Shown here one piece after another: positions 17,212-26,908 of a stretch of DNA of 64,000 nt. The position numbers were made by a program, and so were the translations under genes. Source of the stretch: an uncultured Clostridia bacterium (GTDB lineage Bacteria > Bacillota > Limnochordia > Darwinibacteriales > DTU012); assembly GCA_900019385.1 (NCBI GenBank), contig FIZJ01000007.1:2796-66795 (forward strand), read 5' to 3'. The first letter of the stretch is position 1; every line of letters begins with the position of its first letter. The notes beneath the pieces are model-generated. The model saw only the letters and a list, made by a program, of their open reading frames with translations. It was not told the origin of the DNA and searched no databases.

Positions 17212-18260
17212 GTCACGGCTACTTCCACAGGGTGGCCCGGCAAAGCCCCACCCGGCTTTGGATCAACAACCCCACTCAGGAGGAGGCCCGCAAAGCGATC
17301 GCCGCAGGAGCCATCAGCTGCACCACCAATCCTACATACACTGCCAAGATGCTCCAGGAAGAATCGGAAAAAGACGCTGTAATGGGCGTTATTGATCAAG
17401 TCACATCCACAGCCGGGGACGATGCCAAGGCGGCTTCGGAGATCCAGCGGCAGGTAATCAAGCCTTTGGTGGAAATTTTCTCTCCCCTTTACGCCAAAGA
17501 CCCGCATCAGGGTTTTGTCTCGATTCAAGGCGATCCTTACGCCGAGGATGACTATGCCAACATCGTCGAAGCAGCCTTGGCGGACCGGGCCTTGGGCGAA
17601 AATGTGATCGCCAAGATTCCGGTGACAGCGGCAGGGCTCAAGGCGATTGAACACTTGATTTGGGAAAATGTGCCGATTATCGCCACAGAGGTGATGGCCA
17701 TAAGCCAGGCCACAGCTGTGTGTGAACTGTACGAGCGCACCTGTGCAAGGACGGGCAGAAGGCCGCCGCTTTTTGTCACTCATATCACCGGGATTTTTGA
17801 CGAATACCTGCACAATCTGGCTTGTCAAGAAGAAATACCCATTGCCAAGGATATTCTATGGCAGGCTGGAACCATTGTGGCCCGCAAACAGTACAAACTG
17901 CTGAAAGAACGGGGATATCAAGTGACCATGCTCGGCGGTGGAGCCCGAGGCTTGCACCATTTCACCGAAATGGTCGGCGGCGACATCCATGTGACCATCA
18001 ACTGGCGGGGAGCCGCGGAGGAACTGGTGCGCCGGGATCCGCCGGTGGTCTACCGGATGGACACACCAATCCCTGACTACGCAGTCAACGAACTGCTGCG
18101 CATTCCCGTCTTCAGGATGGCTTTTGAGGAAGGCGGGCTGGCGGTGGAAGAGTTTGCCGATTACGGGCCTGTGCGCTATTTCCGCGATAGTTTCGAAGCT
18201 GGTTGGAGTGCTCTTTTGGAGGCGATTGCGGCACGGCGAAAAGAACAAGAAGGATCATGA
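17208..18260 (+). CDS. Transaldolase-family protein
   Basis: 350-aa ORF with an AAAGGAGA ribosome-binding site. SCTTNPT motif, as in the transaldolase/F6P-aldolase SxxT[ST]NP signature. Confidence 0.6.
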   Translation: MSHGYFHRVARQSPTRLWINNPTQEEARKAIAAGAISCTTNPTYTAKMLQEESEKDAVMGVIDQVTSTAGDDAKAASEIQRQVIKPLVEIFSPLYAKDPHQGFVSIQGDPYAEDDYANIVEAALADRALGENVIAKIPVTAAGLKAIEHLIWENVPIIATEVMAISQATAVCELYERTCARTGRRPPLFVTHITGIFDEYLHNLACQEEIPIAKDILWQAGTIVARKQYKLLKERGYQVTMLGGGARGLHHFTEMVGGDIHVTINWRGAAEELVRRDPPVVYRMDTPIPDYAVNELLRIPVFRMAFEEGGLAVEEFADYGPVRYFRDSFEAGWSALLEAIAARRKEQEGS

Positions 18261-18270
18261 AGGAGTGGGT

Positions 18271-18618
18271 ATGGCGATGGCCGAGAAAGAGTTTCACAAG
18301 CGTTTGCATGAAGAAAAGACAGTGGAGATGCTGCCGGGCGTTTTCCGCACCACTTTGGCGTACAATGGGGCGCTGATGCTGTGCCACTTTCACATGAAGA
18401 AGGGGGCCAAGATCCCTCTCCACAGCCATGAAGCGGCTCAAATCGGCTATGTGATCAAAGGGAAAGTGCGCTTTTTCACCAAGGATGGGCAGGATATCGT
18501 TGTCGAGCCCGGTTCCAGCTACGTCTTTGATTCCCGCCAAGAGCACGGCTCGGATGTGCTGGAGGATACAGAGCTGATCGAATGCTTCACCCCGATGCGG
18601 CCTGAGTACATTGTGTGA
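18271..18618 (+). CDS. Cupin-domain protein (possible sugar isomerase/epimerase)
   Basis: 115-aa ORF with a GGAGTGGG ribosome-binding site. His-rich two-motif cupin pattern (HSHEAAQIGYVIKG…EHG). Confidence 0.55.
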   Translation: MAMAEKEFHKRLHEEKTVEMLPGVFRTTLAYNGALMLCHFHMKKGAKIPLHSHEAAQIGYVIKGKVRFFTKDGQDIVVEPGSSYVFDSRQEHGSDVLEDTELIECFTPMRPEYIV

Positions 18619-18628
18619 GGTGCGTTTG

Positions 18629-19648
18629 ATGGAGATCAGCGTCACTGATGCGGCACAGAAGTATCTCACACCGTACAAGCTCGGGCGTCCGGTGTTGACA
18701 GGATCGGGACAAGCCGGAACTTTCGACGCTCTGGCTGTGGACTGTCCTTTTACCTTTTACCACAACGGTAGGTTTCACATGATGTATGTCGGGTTCGACG
18801 GGACTGGCTATCAGACGGGGCTGGCGGTGAGCGATGATCTGATCAGCTGGCGGCGCAAAGGGCCGATCCTGAAGCGGGATGATCATGTGGGCTGGGATCG
18901 GGTCGGCGCCGCAGGGACCTGGATTCTCAAGAGCACCAACTCCATATGGGATCTGCCCACGCTTAAAAAAGTGGATGGCAAATACTGGATGGTGTACCAT
19001 TCCTATCCCGAAGAGGGCTATGAGGCTGGCCCAGCCCAGATCGGCCTTGCCTGGAGCGAGGATCCGGAACTGATGGAGTGGCACCGTCTGCCTGAGCCGG
19101 TATTCTCCTGGAAGGATGGAGCGGACTGGGAGTGCGGCGGGCTGTACAAAGCCTGCCTGATTCAAGCGAACGGCCGCTATTATTTGTTTTACAACGCCAA
19201 AAACGCCAAGCCGAAAGGCTGGATTGAACAGATTGGAGTGGCGGAGTCCGGTGATCTGCTCAAGTGGCGGCGCTATGAGGGCAATCCCATCGTTAAAGTG
19301 TCGGAAGGCAGGTGGGACAGCCAGTTTTGCGCCGACCCGTATGTAGCCAGGGACGAAGATCGCTGGCTGATGTTCTACTACGGCTTCAACCGGCGGCATG
19401 CCCAGGACGGGATCGCCTTCTCAGACGATCTCTACAGCTGGGTCAAACACCCGGAGCCGATTTTGACCAACGGCCGAGAAGGGGAGATAGACCATTCTTA
19501 TGCCCACAAGCCGTCGGTTCTTTGCCATGACGGCGTTCTGTACCATTTTTACTGCGCCTGCCGCAAATACAGAGAAGGCGATCCGGTAAAAAGTCTCTGG
19601 GAGGAATTCCGGACCATCACCTTCGCTTCGTCTCGACCCATCGCCTAA
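18629..19648 (+). CDS. Five-bladed beta-propeller glycosidase/phosphorylase-like protein (GH130/DUF377- or GH43-like)
   Basis: 339-aa ORF. Repeated W/Y-rich blade motifs (…HMMYVGFDG…, …YWMVYHSY…, …YYLFYNAKN…, …WLMFYYGF…, …VLYHFYCAC…). No signal peptide. Confidence 0.4.
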   Translation: MEISVTDAAQKYLTPYKLGRPVLTGSGQAGTFDALAVDCPFTFYHNGRFHMMYVGFDGTGYQTGLAVSDDLISWRRKGPILKRDDHVGWDRVGAAGTWILKSTNSIWDLPTLKKVDGKYWMVYHSYPEEGYEAGPAQIGLAWSEDPELMEWHRLPEPVFSWKDGADWECGGLYKACLIQANGRYYLFYNAKNAKPKGWIEQIGVAESGDLLKWRRYEGNPIVKVSEGRWDSQFCADPYVARDEDRWLMFYYGFNRRHAQDGIAFSDDLYSWVKHPEPILTNGREGEIDHSYAHKPSVLCHDGVLYHFYCACRKYREGDPVKSLWEEFRTITFASSRPIA

Positions 19649-19670
19649 TATTTGTTTGTGAACGGAGGAA

Positions 19671-20507
19671 GTGATACCCTTGGCTGATCTGGGGCTTTTG
19701 ACCAAGAAAGCACTGCAGACCCGCATTGCCATTCTGAAGATGATTTACCAGGCGAAAGGCGGCCACATTGGAGGGGCCTTTTCCTGCACTGATATTTTGG
19801 TGACACTTTATTATGCCGTGATGCGCATCGATCCCCACAACCCCCGCTGGGAAGGCCGGGATCGGTTCGTTTTGAGCAAAGGCCACAGTGTGGAAGGACT
19901 GTACGCGATTTTGGCTGATTTGGGGTTTTTCCCCAAAGAGGAATTGGACTCTTACCGCGGTTTTCATTCGCGCTTGATCGGCCATCCCACAAACAGAGTA
20001 CCGGGGATCGAAGTGAACACCGGCGCCCTCGGGCACGGTTTGTCAGTGGGTGTGGGCATGGCGCTGGCTGGAAAAATGGACGGCAAAGACTACAAAGTCT
20101 ATGTCCTGATGGGCGATGGGGAACTGGCGGAAGGCTCGGTTTGGGAAGCGGCCATGGCCGGCAGCCATTACAAGCTGGACAATTTGATCGGGATTGTGGA
20201 CCGCAACCGGCTGCAGATCGGCGGCAGCACCGAGGATGTGATGGCCCTTGAGGACCTGAGAGCGAAGTGGCAGGCCTTCGGTTGGGAGGTTCTGGAGTGC
20301 GGCGGCCATGATTTCCAGAACCTGGTGGAGACATTCGGCAAAATCCCGGCTGTGTCTGGAAAGCCGCATGTGGTTATCGCCAATACCGTCAAGGGCAAAG
20401 GCGTCTCGTTCATGGAGCACCAGGCTGGATGGCACCACCGGGTCCCCAATGAGGAGGAGTACGCCCAGGCGCTGCAGGAGCTGGAGCATATGATGGGAGC
20501 GGTTTAA
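19671..20507 (+). CDS. Transketolase N-terminal subunit, copy 2
   Basis: KGGHIGGAFSCTDIL and SKGHSVEGLYA motifs. Paralog of 15428-16255. Confidence 0.85.
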   Translation: MIPLADLGLLTKKALQTRIAILKMIYQAKGGHIGGAFSCTDILVTLYYAVMRIDPHNPRWEGRDRFVLSKGHSVEGLYAILADLGFFPKEELDSYRGFHSRLIGHPTNRVPGIEVNTGALGHGLSVGVGMALAGKMDGKDYKVYVLMGDGELAEGSVWEAAMAGSHYKLDNLIGIVDRNRLQIGGSTEDVMALEDLRAKWQAFGWEVLECGGHDFQNLVETFGKIPAVSGKPHVVIANTVKGKGVSFMEHQAGWHHRVPNEEEYAQALQELEHMMGAV

Positions 20508-20509
20508 GT

Positions 20510-21454
20510 ATGAAGAAGACCAATAAAATGCCATGCCGGAAAGCGTTCACAGAAACTCTCTTGGAACTGGCCCGAAAAGACAGGGACATTGTCGCCCTGA
20601 CCAGCGATGCCAGGGGTTCCGTGACTTTGGAGCAGTTTGCCAAGGAACTGCCGGAGCAGTTTGTGGAAGTGGGCATTGCCGAGCAGAACTTGGTGGGAAT
20701 TGGGGCTGGTTTGGCCGCCTGCGGCAAGAAACCGTTTGTCTGCGGCCCCGCCTGTTTCCTTTCTGCCCGCAGCCTTGAGCAGGTCAAGGTGGATGTGGCC
20801 TACAGTGATTTGAATGTGAAGATAATTGCCGTAAGCGGTGGTGTCAGCTACGGGGCTTTGGGTTCGACCCATCACGCCGTCCATGACCTGGCGGTGATGC
20901 GGGCGATTCCCAACCTGACTGTCGTGCTGCCGTGCGACGTGCATCAGACCAGGAAGCTCACGGAAGCCCTGGTTGATTACAAAGGCCCGGTTTATGTGCG
21001 CATGGGCCGGGGAGCGGTCGCCGACGTGTACTCGGAAGCTCACGTTCCTTTCGCAATCGGGCGGGCCAATGTCCTTCTCGACGGCAAGGACCTGGCAATC
21101 ATCGCCGCGGGCGAGACGGTGCGCCACGCGCTGGATGCGGGCTTGGCCTTGAAAAAACAGGGTGTAAGCGCCCGGGTGATCGACATGCACACGATCAAAC
21201 CGCTGGATCAGGAAACAGTGCTGCAGGCTGCCTGTGACACTGGAAACCTGATCACTGTTGAAGAGCACAGCGTTTACGGCGGCCTTGGATCGGCCGTGGC
21301 CGAGTTGGTGGCCCAGAATTATCCGGTGCGGATGCGGATTCTGGGCATACCGGACGAGCCTGCCGTCACCGGAGAATCATCCCAGGTGTTCAAGTATTAT
21401 CAGCTGACAGGCGACGAGATCGTCCAGGCGGCCTTGGCCATGCTGGATGTGTGA
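20510..21454 (+). CDS. Transketolase C-terminal subunit, copy 2
   Basis: …FVEVGIAEQNLVG…; paralog of 16255-17211. Confidence 0.85.
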   Translation: MKKTNKMPCRKAFTETLLELARKDRDIVALTSDARGSVTLEQFAKELPEQFVEVGIAEQNLVGIGAGLAACGKKPFVCGPACFLSARSLEQVKVDVAYSDLNVKIIAVSGGVSYGALGSTHHAVHDLAVMRAIPNLTVVLPCDVHQTRKLTEALVDYKGPVYVRMGRGAVADVYSEAHVPFAIGRANVLLDGKDLAIIAAGETVRHALDAGLALKKQGVSARVIDMHTIKPLDQETVLQAACDTGNLITVEEHSVYGGLGSAVAELVAQNYPVRMRILGIPDEPAVTGESSQVFKYYQLTGDEIVQAALAMLDV

Positions 21455-21468
21455 AAGGAGACAGAAGT

Positions 21469-23367
21469 ATGAGTTTTGAATGGCGCCGCGGGCAAAATCA
21501 GCTTTATGCCGGTGAAGAGCTCATTGGGGAACTGTGCGTTGACCTTCCGGATAAGGCAGTCATTGAAGACAGTGCCGTGGACCAGATCAAACCTGGTGTG
21601 TTCAGGATAGATCTGTCGGTTCTTGTCAAGGAACCGGTGGAGCAGTTCCGGTTGGTTTTGGAGTTCAAAGCCCATTACCAGGCCGATTGGGCTATGATTC
21701 CCGCAGTCAGCTACAACGGGAATCATTGGGGCAGGGGGAACGAACCGAAAGGTTTCACGAAGGACGGTATCCCCTGGGCTTTTTCCTACAGCCGGGCATC
21801 GGTGCCGGGAGCCACTTACTCTGAAGGTTCCCGCTGGGCTGTGGGCCTGTTCGGGGATTTGCGCGCTTCGGACGCCCCGTTTTCCTGTTCACTGCTTCCC
21901 GAGCAGGAACAGGTGGTTCACCGCCTGATCTGGCCGGAAGAAGAAAGCCCTGACACCTATTATATGAAGAACCGGTACCAGGAAGGGTTTCAGCGGCAGA
22001 TCAGCCTGGACGCGGGTGCAAGATTCAAAGCTGGCGCCTATCTGGTCGCGGCGGAGGTGCGCACACCGAAGCTGTCCTATGGTCATCTGCTGGATTTCGC
22101 CTGGGAGGTGAACTATCACCGCCAAAAGCCCTGGTATTCCCCGGAAGAGCTGTGGCGCTTAGGCCTGCACTATGCCAAGCACAGCCTGTATGTGGAAGAA
22201 GGGATTTACCGCGGTTTTTCCAAAGGGCTGCGCTGGAACGGGGCAGAATGGCGCCTCAGGCCCACCGCCAGGTACCTGGCCGGCTGGACAGGGCAGAACA
22301 TATCGTTGGCCAATTCCATGATCCACAGCTATATCATGAGCGGCAGCGAGGAAGACCTACAGATCGGCCTCAACACTTTGCGGACATGGGCTGTCCATGC
22401 CCGCTTGGACAATGGACTGATTTACTGCTTGTTTGATCCGATCCTGGACGGAGGCGCGGAGAATGCTGTCCAGGATGCCTGCAACCTTTCGGATGCGGCA
22501 GTGAACTTTTTCGAAGCCTGGGAACTCTTAGGAAAGATCGGGTTTGAAGACGAGAGGGAACTGTGCAAAGAAACAGCCTTGGGCATCTGCGGCTTTGCCC
22601 TGTCACACCAGTTTCCCGACGGCAAGTTCGGCAAGTCTTGGAACAATGCCGGCGAATGTGTCGATCCCAACGGCACCATTGGCTGTTACCTGGTCCTGCC
22701 CTTGTTGAAGGCGTACCAAGTAACTGGGGAGCGGAAGTATTTGGACGGCGCCGTGCGCGGCTGGGAGTACTATGCCGAGAGCTTCTCAAAGGACGGCTAC
22801 ACCTCGGCTGCGGCGCTTGACACATACTGTATCGACAAGGAATCGGCGATTCCTCTGTTAAAGAGCAGCATCGCGCTTTATGGACTTACCCGGGAACAAA
22901 GGTATCTTGAGATGGCTGAACTGGCTTCATATTATCTGGCGAGCTGGCAGTGGCATTACACCGCGCCGTTCCCGGAAGGCACACCGCTTTTTGAAATGGG
23001 CTACGACACCTTTGGCGGCACATCTGTCTCCGCGCAGCATCATCACCTGGATCCCTTCGCCCTGGTGTTCGTGGAAGACTGGTTCAAACTTGCGGAATAC
23101 ACCAGCCGGGATATCTGGCGGCAGCGGGCAAAGGCCGTTTGGGCCAACGCCTCCATGGGCGTGTCCGACGGCTCGTTGGTGGTCAACGGAGTGCGAAGGC
23201 CAACCGGCAGCCAGGACGAAGGCTTTTTCCACACATATTGGGGAGCGCCCAACCAAAACACGGGCGATCCTATGGGCAATGTCAGTTATTGGCTGGTGGC
23301 CTGGCCAACCGCCTTCCGGCTGCAGGTGCTGCGTCGCTTGTCCGACTGGCGGCAGCTGACAGATTAG
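21469..23367 (+). CDS. Hypothetical protein of 632 aa, possibly an (alpha/alpha)-toroid glycoside hydrolase/lyase-like enzyme
   Basis: AAAGGAGA ribosome-binding site. No signal peptide. Aromatic-rich and helix-rich composition. No motif I can assign to a known family. Embedded in the sugar operon. Confidence 0.35.
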   Translation: MSFEWRRGQNQLYAGEELIGELCVDLPDKAVIEDSAVDQIKPGVFRIDLSVLVKEPVEQFRLVLEFKAHYQADWAMIPAVSYNGNHWGRGNEPKGFTKDGIPWAFSYSRASVPGATYSEGSRWAVGLFGDLRASDAPFSCSLLPEQEQVVHRLIWPEEESPDTYYMKNRYQEGFQRQISLDAGARFKAGAYLVAAEVRTPKLSYGHLLDFAWEVNYHRQKPWYSPEELWRLGLHYAKHSLYVEEGIYRGFSKGLRWNGAEWRLRPTARYLAGWTGQNISLANSMIHSYIMSGSEEDLQIGLNTLRTWAVHARLDNGLIYCLFDPILDGGAENAVQDACNLSDAAVNFFEAWELLGKIGFEDERELCKETALGICGFALSHQFPDGKFGKSWNNAGECVDPNGTIGCYLVLPLLKAYQVTGERKYLDGAVRGWEYYAESFSKDGYTSAAALDTYCIDKESAIPLLKSSIALYGLTREQRYLEMAELASYYLASWQWHYTAPFPEGTPLFEMGYDTFGGTSVSAQHHHLDPFALVFVEDWFKLAEYTSRDIWRQRAKAVWANASMGVSDGSLVVNGVRRPTGSQDEGFFHTYWGAPNQNTGDPMGNVSYWLVAWPTAFRLQVLRRLSDWRQLTD

Positions 23368-23381
23368 GGGAGGGACGCTGG

Positions 23382-24497
23382 ATGCAGTATGCCATGAAGT
23401 ATGTCGAGGACTGGGAGGCTGTCAAAGCCCGCTTTGCGGCCTGGTGGCAGGGAAAGAATCCCGGCCGGCCGCTGATGAGAATTGTCGCCAGGCGGGAACA
23501 GCCCCTTGAAGAGCTGGAGCCCGCTTGGAAAGCGAAGACATTTGTGGACAAACATCTGGAAGTGGAGCGGAAAGTGGTCAACATGCGGAACTACTGCCGC
23601 ACCCGCCGGTTTTTCGCCGAAGCGTTCCCTTCCTTGGATTTGAATATAGGCGCCGGATCGTTCGCCGTTTATCTGGGGCTGGAACCCATTTTTGATCAGA
23701 ACACGGTCTGGTTCCCGGAATGCATCGACGACTGGGACAGCTGGGGAGAATTCCGGTTTGATCCGGACAATCACTGGTGGCAGCGGCATTATCAGGCGAT
23801 CCGGCAGGCGGTGGAGCTCGCTCAAGGGGATTTTCTAGTCAACATCCCTGATATCATCGAAAACCTGGATATTCTCGCCGCCATGCGGGGGGCTCAAAAC
23901 CTCTGCTTAGATTTGATCGACCAGCCGGATGTGATCAAGGCCCGGCTGGAGCAGCTTGACGCTCTGTATTTCCAGTACTATGACCGCTTTTATGATTTGG
24001 TCAAGACTGAGGACGGCGGCAGCAGCTACACGACTTTCAGTATTTGGGGCCCGGGACGGACGGCCAAGATTCAGTGTGATTTTTCCGCCATGATCTCCCC
24101 GGCCCATTTCCGGGAATTTGTCCTGCCGTCCCTCAGGAAACAGTGCCTCAGCCTTGACTGCTCCCTTTACCACCTGGACGGGCCCGACGCAGTCAAGCAC
24201 GTGCCGGCTTTGATGGAAATCGAGGAACTGAACGCTCTGCAGTGGACACCCGGGGCAGGGCAGCCTGACGGAGGCAGCCCTCAATGGTTCCCGATTTATG
24301 ACCAGGTGATCGCCGCCGGCAAGTCATTGTGGATTATGTTCTCCGGGAAGCAGGGCAAATTCGATGATTGGACCGAGGCGGCGGACCGGATAGTGGAGCG
24401 CTACGGCCCGGAGAAACTATACTTCATCTTTCCGGAGATGTCGGAAAAAGAAGCGGAAGCCTTGATGGCGAAAGCAGAACGGGATTGGGCGAGGTAG
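23382..24497 (+). CDS. Divergent URO-D/MtaA-like family protein
   Basis: GGGAGGGA ribosome-binding site. Local similarity to the 9824-10909 protein (CDFSAMISPAHFREFVLPSLRK vs NDFGSQRGLMVSPDAIREFVMPGTRK). The HxxG region is replaced by LYHLDGPDAV. Confidence 0.4.
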   Translation: MQYAMKYVEDWEAVKARFAAWWQGKNPGRPLMRIVARREQPLEELEPAWKAKTFVDKHLEVERKVVNMRNYCRTRRFFAEAFPSLDLNIGAGSFAVYLGLEPIFDQNTVWFPECIDDWDSWGEFRFDPDNHWWQRHYQAIRQAVELAQGDFLVNIPDIIENLDILAAMRGAQNLCLDLIDQPDVIKARLEQLDALYFQYYDRFYDLVKTEDGGSSYTTFSIWGPGRTAKIQCDFSAMISPAHFREFVLPSLRKQCLSLDCSLYHLDGPDAVKHVPALMEIEELNALQWTPGAGQPDGGSPQWFPIYDQVIAAGKSLWIMFSGKQGKFDDWTEAADRIVERYGPEKLYFIFPEMSEKEAEALMAKAERDWAR

Positions 24498-24502
24498 AGG
24501 GT

Positions 24503-25822
24503 ATGAGCCTGAGTCTGATCGGTTTGATCGCTGACGACCTGACCGGTGCTATGGATGCGGGGATGCAGCTTCTCTCCAGGAGACTGGCGATCCACACCGC
24601 CTTGACGGTGGATGATGTGGAAGCTGTGATGGCTGGGGCGGATGTGGTTGTGGCCAACACTCAAAGCCGCAACATCGATCCCCACGCGGCATACAGGCAG
24701 GTTAGAACGGCACTGGACAAACTGGCAGCAGGCGGGTGCCGGGCTTGGTACAAGAAGATCGACTCGACCTTGAGAGGGAATATTGGTGCCGAGCTTAAGG
24801 CTGTCTTGGACAGCGGCGTCTTCGATTTGGTGATCACGGCGCCGGCTCTGCCTTACAATAAAAGGACGACCATCAATGGAATCCACTATGTGGACGGAGT
24901 GGAACTTGCCGAGATCGAACTGGCCAAGGATCCTTTCGCGCCCATTGCCTATTCGGAGATCGGGAGCATCATCAAGACTCAGTTTGAGGGGGAAGTCGGG
25001 CATTTGCCCCTGGACACTGTGCGCCGGGGGAGCGGGGCGCTTGCCGCGAAGGCGAAGGAGTATCTTGCTGCCGGAATCAAAGTGCTGACCGCCGACGCTG
25101 AAACAGAGCGGGATCTCAGGCAGATCGCCTCCGCCGCCGGTGTTTTGCCGTGCAGAGTTCTGTTGTGCGGTTCTGCGGGATTGTTTAGGTATCTTGATGA
25201 GGCTTACAGCCTCGCAAATCCGAGAGGAGAGGGCGAAAAGCCTAAAGTGGACAGGGAGCCTTATGCCCCGCCGGAAGGCGCGCCCGTGCTGGTCCTGTCG
25301 GGAAGCCCCGCCCAGATGTCCAAGCGGCAGATCCAGTATCTAGAGGACAGGCGGCCGGATACGGTTGTTGTCGCTGCTGACATCGCCGCCGTGCCCGAAG
25401 GGGAAGCGGCCGCCAAAACGATGGAGGTGATCAGTACGGTTATCGGCCACCTGCGGGCGGGTAAAAATGTGGCCCTGGACGCTGCCGGAACAAGCAAGGA
25501 AGCGATTCTCAGTCAGACGCGGGGCATGCGGGAGCAGCTTGACCGCTTTAGCTCGACAGTGCAGACACTGCTGCGGGACGCAGCCGCCGCTGCAGCAGCC
25601 CAAGTGCCTCTTGCTGCCTTGGTCCTTTTCGGCGGAGACACAGCAGTTGCGGTGCTGAAGCAGTTGGGGGGCCAGGGCATAGCCATCGTCAAAGAAATGG
25701 AGCCCTACATACCCTTAGGCAGATTGATCGGGGGAGCTTATGCCGGGCTGCTGGTTGTGACCAAAGCGGGCGGGTTCGGCAGTGAAGATTCTCTGCTTCG
25801 GATACTGGAAACGAGGGGATGA
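24503..25822 (+). CDS. Four-carbon acid sugar kinase family (DUF1537/DUF2090; OtnK/OiaK-like)
   Basis: N-terminal IADDLTGAMD motif typical of DUF1537 kinases. About 440 aa. Immediately upstream of a PdxA-family gene. Confidence 0.75.
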   Translation: MSLSLIGLIADDLTGAMDAGMQLLSRRLAIHTALTVDDVEAVMAGADVVVANTQSRNIDPHAAYRQVRTALDKLAAGGCRAWYKKIDSTLRGNIGAELKAVLDSGVFDLVITAPALPYNKRTTINGIHYVDGVELAEIELAKDPFAPIAYSEIGSIIKTQFEGEVGHLPLDTVRRGSGALAAKAKEYLAAGIKVLTADAETERDLRQIASAAGVLPCRVLLCGSAGLFRYLDEAYSLANPRGEGEKPKVDREPYAPPEGAPVLVLSGSPAQMSKRQIQYLEDRRPDTVVVAADIAAVPEGEAAAKTMEVISTVIGHLRAGKNVALDAAGTSKEAILSQTRGMREQLDRFSSTVQTLLRDAAAAAAAQVPLAALVLFGGDTAVAVLKQLGGQGIAIVKEMEPYIPLGRLIGGAYAGLLVVTKAGGFGSEDSLLRILETRG

Positions 25823-25829
25823 CAGCGCG

Positions 25830-26891
25830 ATGAACGAGCAATCCGTGATGGCAAAACTGATGGAGCAGGCAGCAGCCAAAGGCAGGCCGATTGTAGCTGT
25901 CTCCACCGGGGATCCTTCCGGAATCGGGCCGGAGATCTCAGTATCGGCCTTGCGGCATGAGGAGGTTTACCGAATCTGCCGCCCGTTTCTTATCGGCGAT
26001 TCAGCGGCTTTTTCCTCTTTGGATCTAAAGGGGTGGAGGCTCAATCCGGTCGAGCAGATCGGCGATATGCAGTTCCGCTTTGGAACTATCGATCTTTTAA
26101 ATATGAACCTGCTTCCAAGCGCGCCGCCGTTGGGTGTGGTCAACGCGGAATCAGGCAATGCATCGTTTCACTATGTGAAAAAAGCCATCGATCTGGCCAT
26201 GGCCAACGAGGTGGACGCCACGGTCACTGGACCGATCAGCAAAGAAGCGATCAACTTGGCTGGGCACCATTTCTCGGGGCATACAGAGATCTACGCCCAT
26301 TACACCAACAGCGAAGACTATGCCATGGTCTTGGCCCATGAGCATTTTCGGGTGATCCATGTTTCCACCCATGTGTCGCTGCGCCGGGCCTGCGATTTGG
26401 TGAAGAAAGGCCGGGTGCTGAAGGTGATTCAAATCGCAGACCAGGCCTGCCGCCGGCTGGGTATTGCCAAGCCCAGGATCGCGGTTGCAGGTCTGAATCC
26501 CCATGCAGGGGAAAATGGGCTGTTCGGGACTGAGGAGATCACAGAGATCATGCCGGCGATTGCCGAAGCCAGGGAACTGGGCATTGATGTGGATGGGCCG
26601 ATCCCTCCAGACACGGTTTTCCCGAAGCTGAACGGCAGACTGTACGACATCTGCGTCTGCATGTATCATGACCAGGGGCATATTCCCACCAAACTGCTGG
26701 GTTTCACTTGGGACCCTGCCCAAGGCAAGTGGCTTTCGGTGAGCGGTGTCAACATCACCATGGGCCTGCCGATCATCCGGGTCTCGGTCGACCACGGCAC
26801 AGCCTATGACATCGCCGGCAAGGGTGTGGCTTCTGACAGTTCGATGGTTAATGCCATTGCCTATGCTGTTCAGTTGGCCTTAAATCGATGA
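25830..26891 (+). CDS. PdxA-family NAD-dependent dehydrogenase (PdxA2-type; 4-phospho-acid-sugar dehydrogenase or oxidoisomerase)
   Basis: VSTGDPSGIGPEI, HAGENG and HDQGHIP motifs. Classic pairing with a DUF1537 kinase. Confidence 0.8.
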   Translation: MNEQSVMAKLMEQAAAKGRPIVAVSTGDPSGIGPEISVSALRHEEVYRICRPFLIGDSAAFSSLDLKGWRLNPVEQIGDMQFRFGTIDLLNMNLLPSAPPLGVVNAESGNASFHYVKKAIDLAMANEVDATVTGPISKEAINLAGHHFSGHTEIYAHYTNSEDYAMVLAHEHFRVIHVSTHVSLRRACDLVKKGRVLKVIQIADQACRRLGIAKPRIAVAGLNPHAGENGLFGTEEITEIMPAIAEARELGIDVDGPIPPDTVFPKLNGRLYDICVCMYHDQGHIPTKLLGFTWDPAQGKWLSVSGVNITMGLPIIRVSVDHGTAYDIAGKGVASDSSMVNAIAYAVQLALNR

Positions 26892-26908
26892 AGTTGGGAG
26901 ATGGTGGC

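Noticed and set aside
15428-21454. Annotating the two split transketolases as the housekeeping pentose-phosphate transketolase.
   Set aside because: Two tandem paralogous pairs are embedded in a sugar-catabolic operon with an isomerase, a transaldolase and CAZymes. This argues for pathway-specific enzymes. I cannot exclude that one pair is housekeeping without seeing the rest of the genome.
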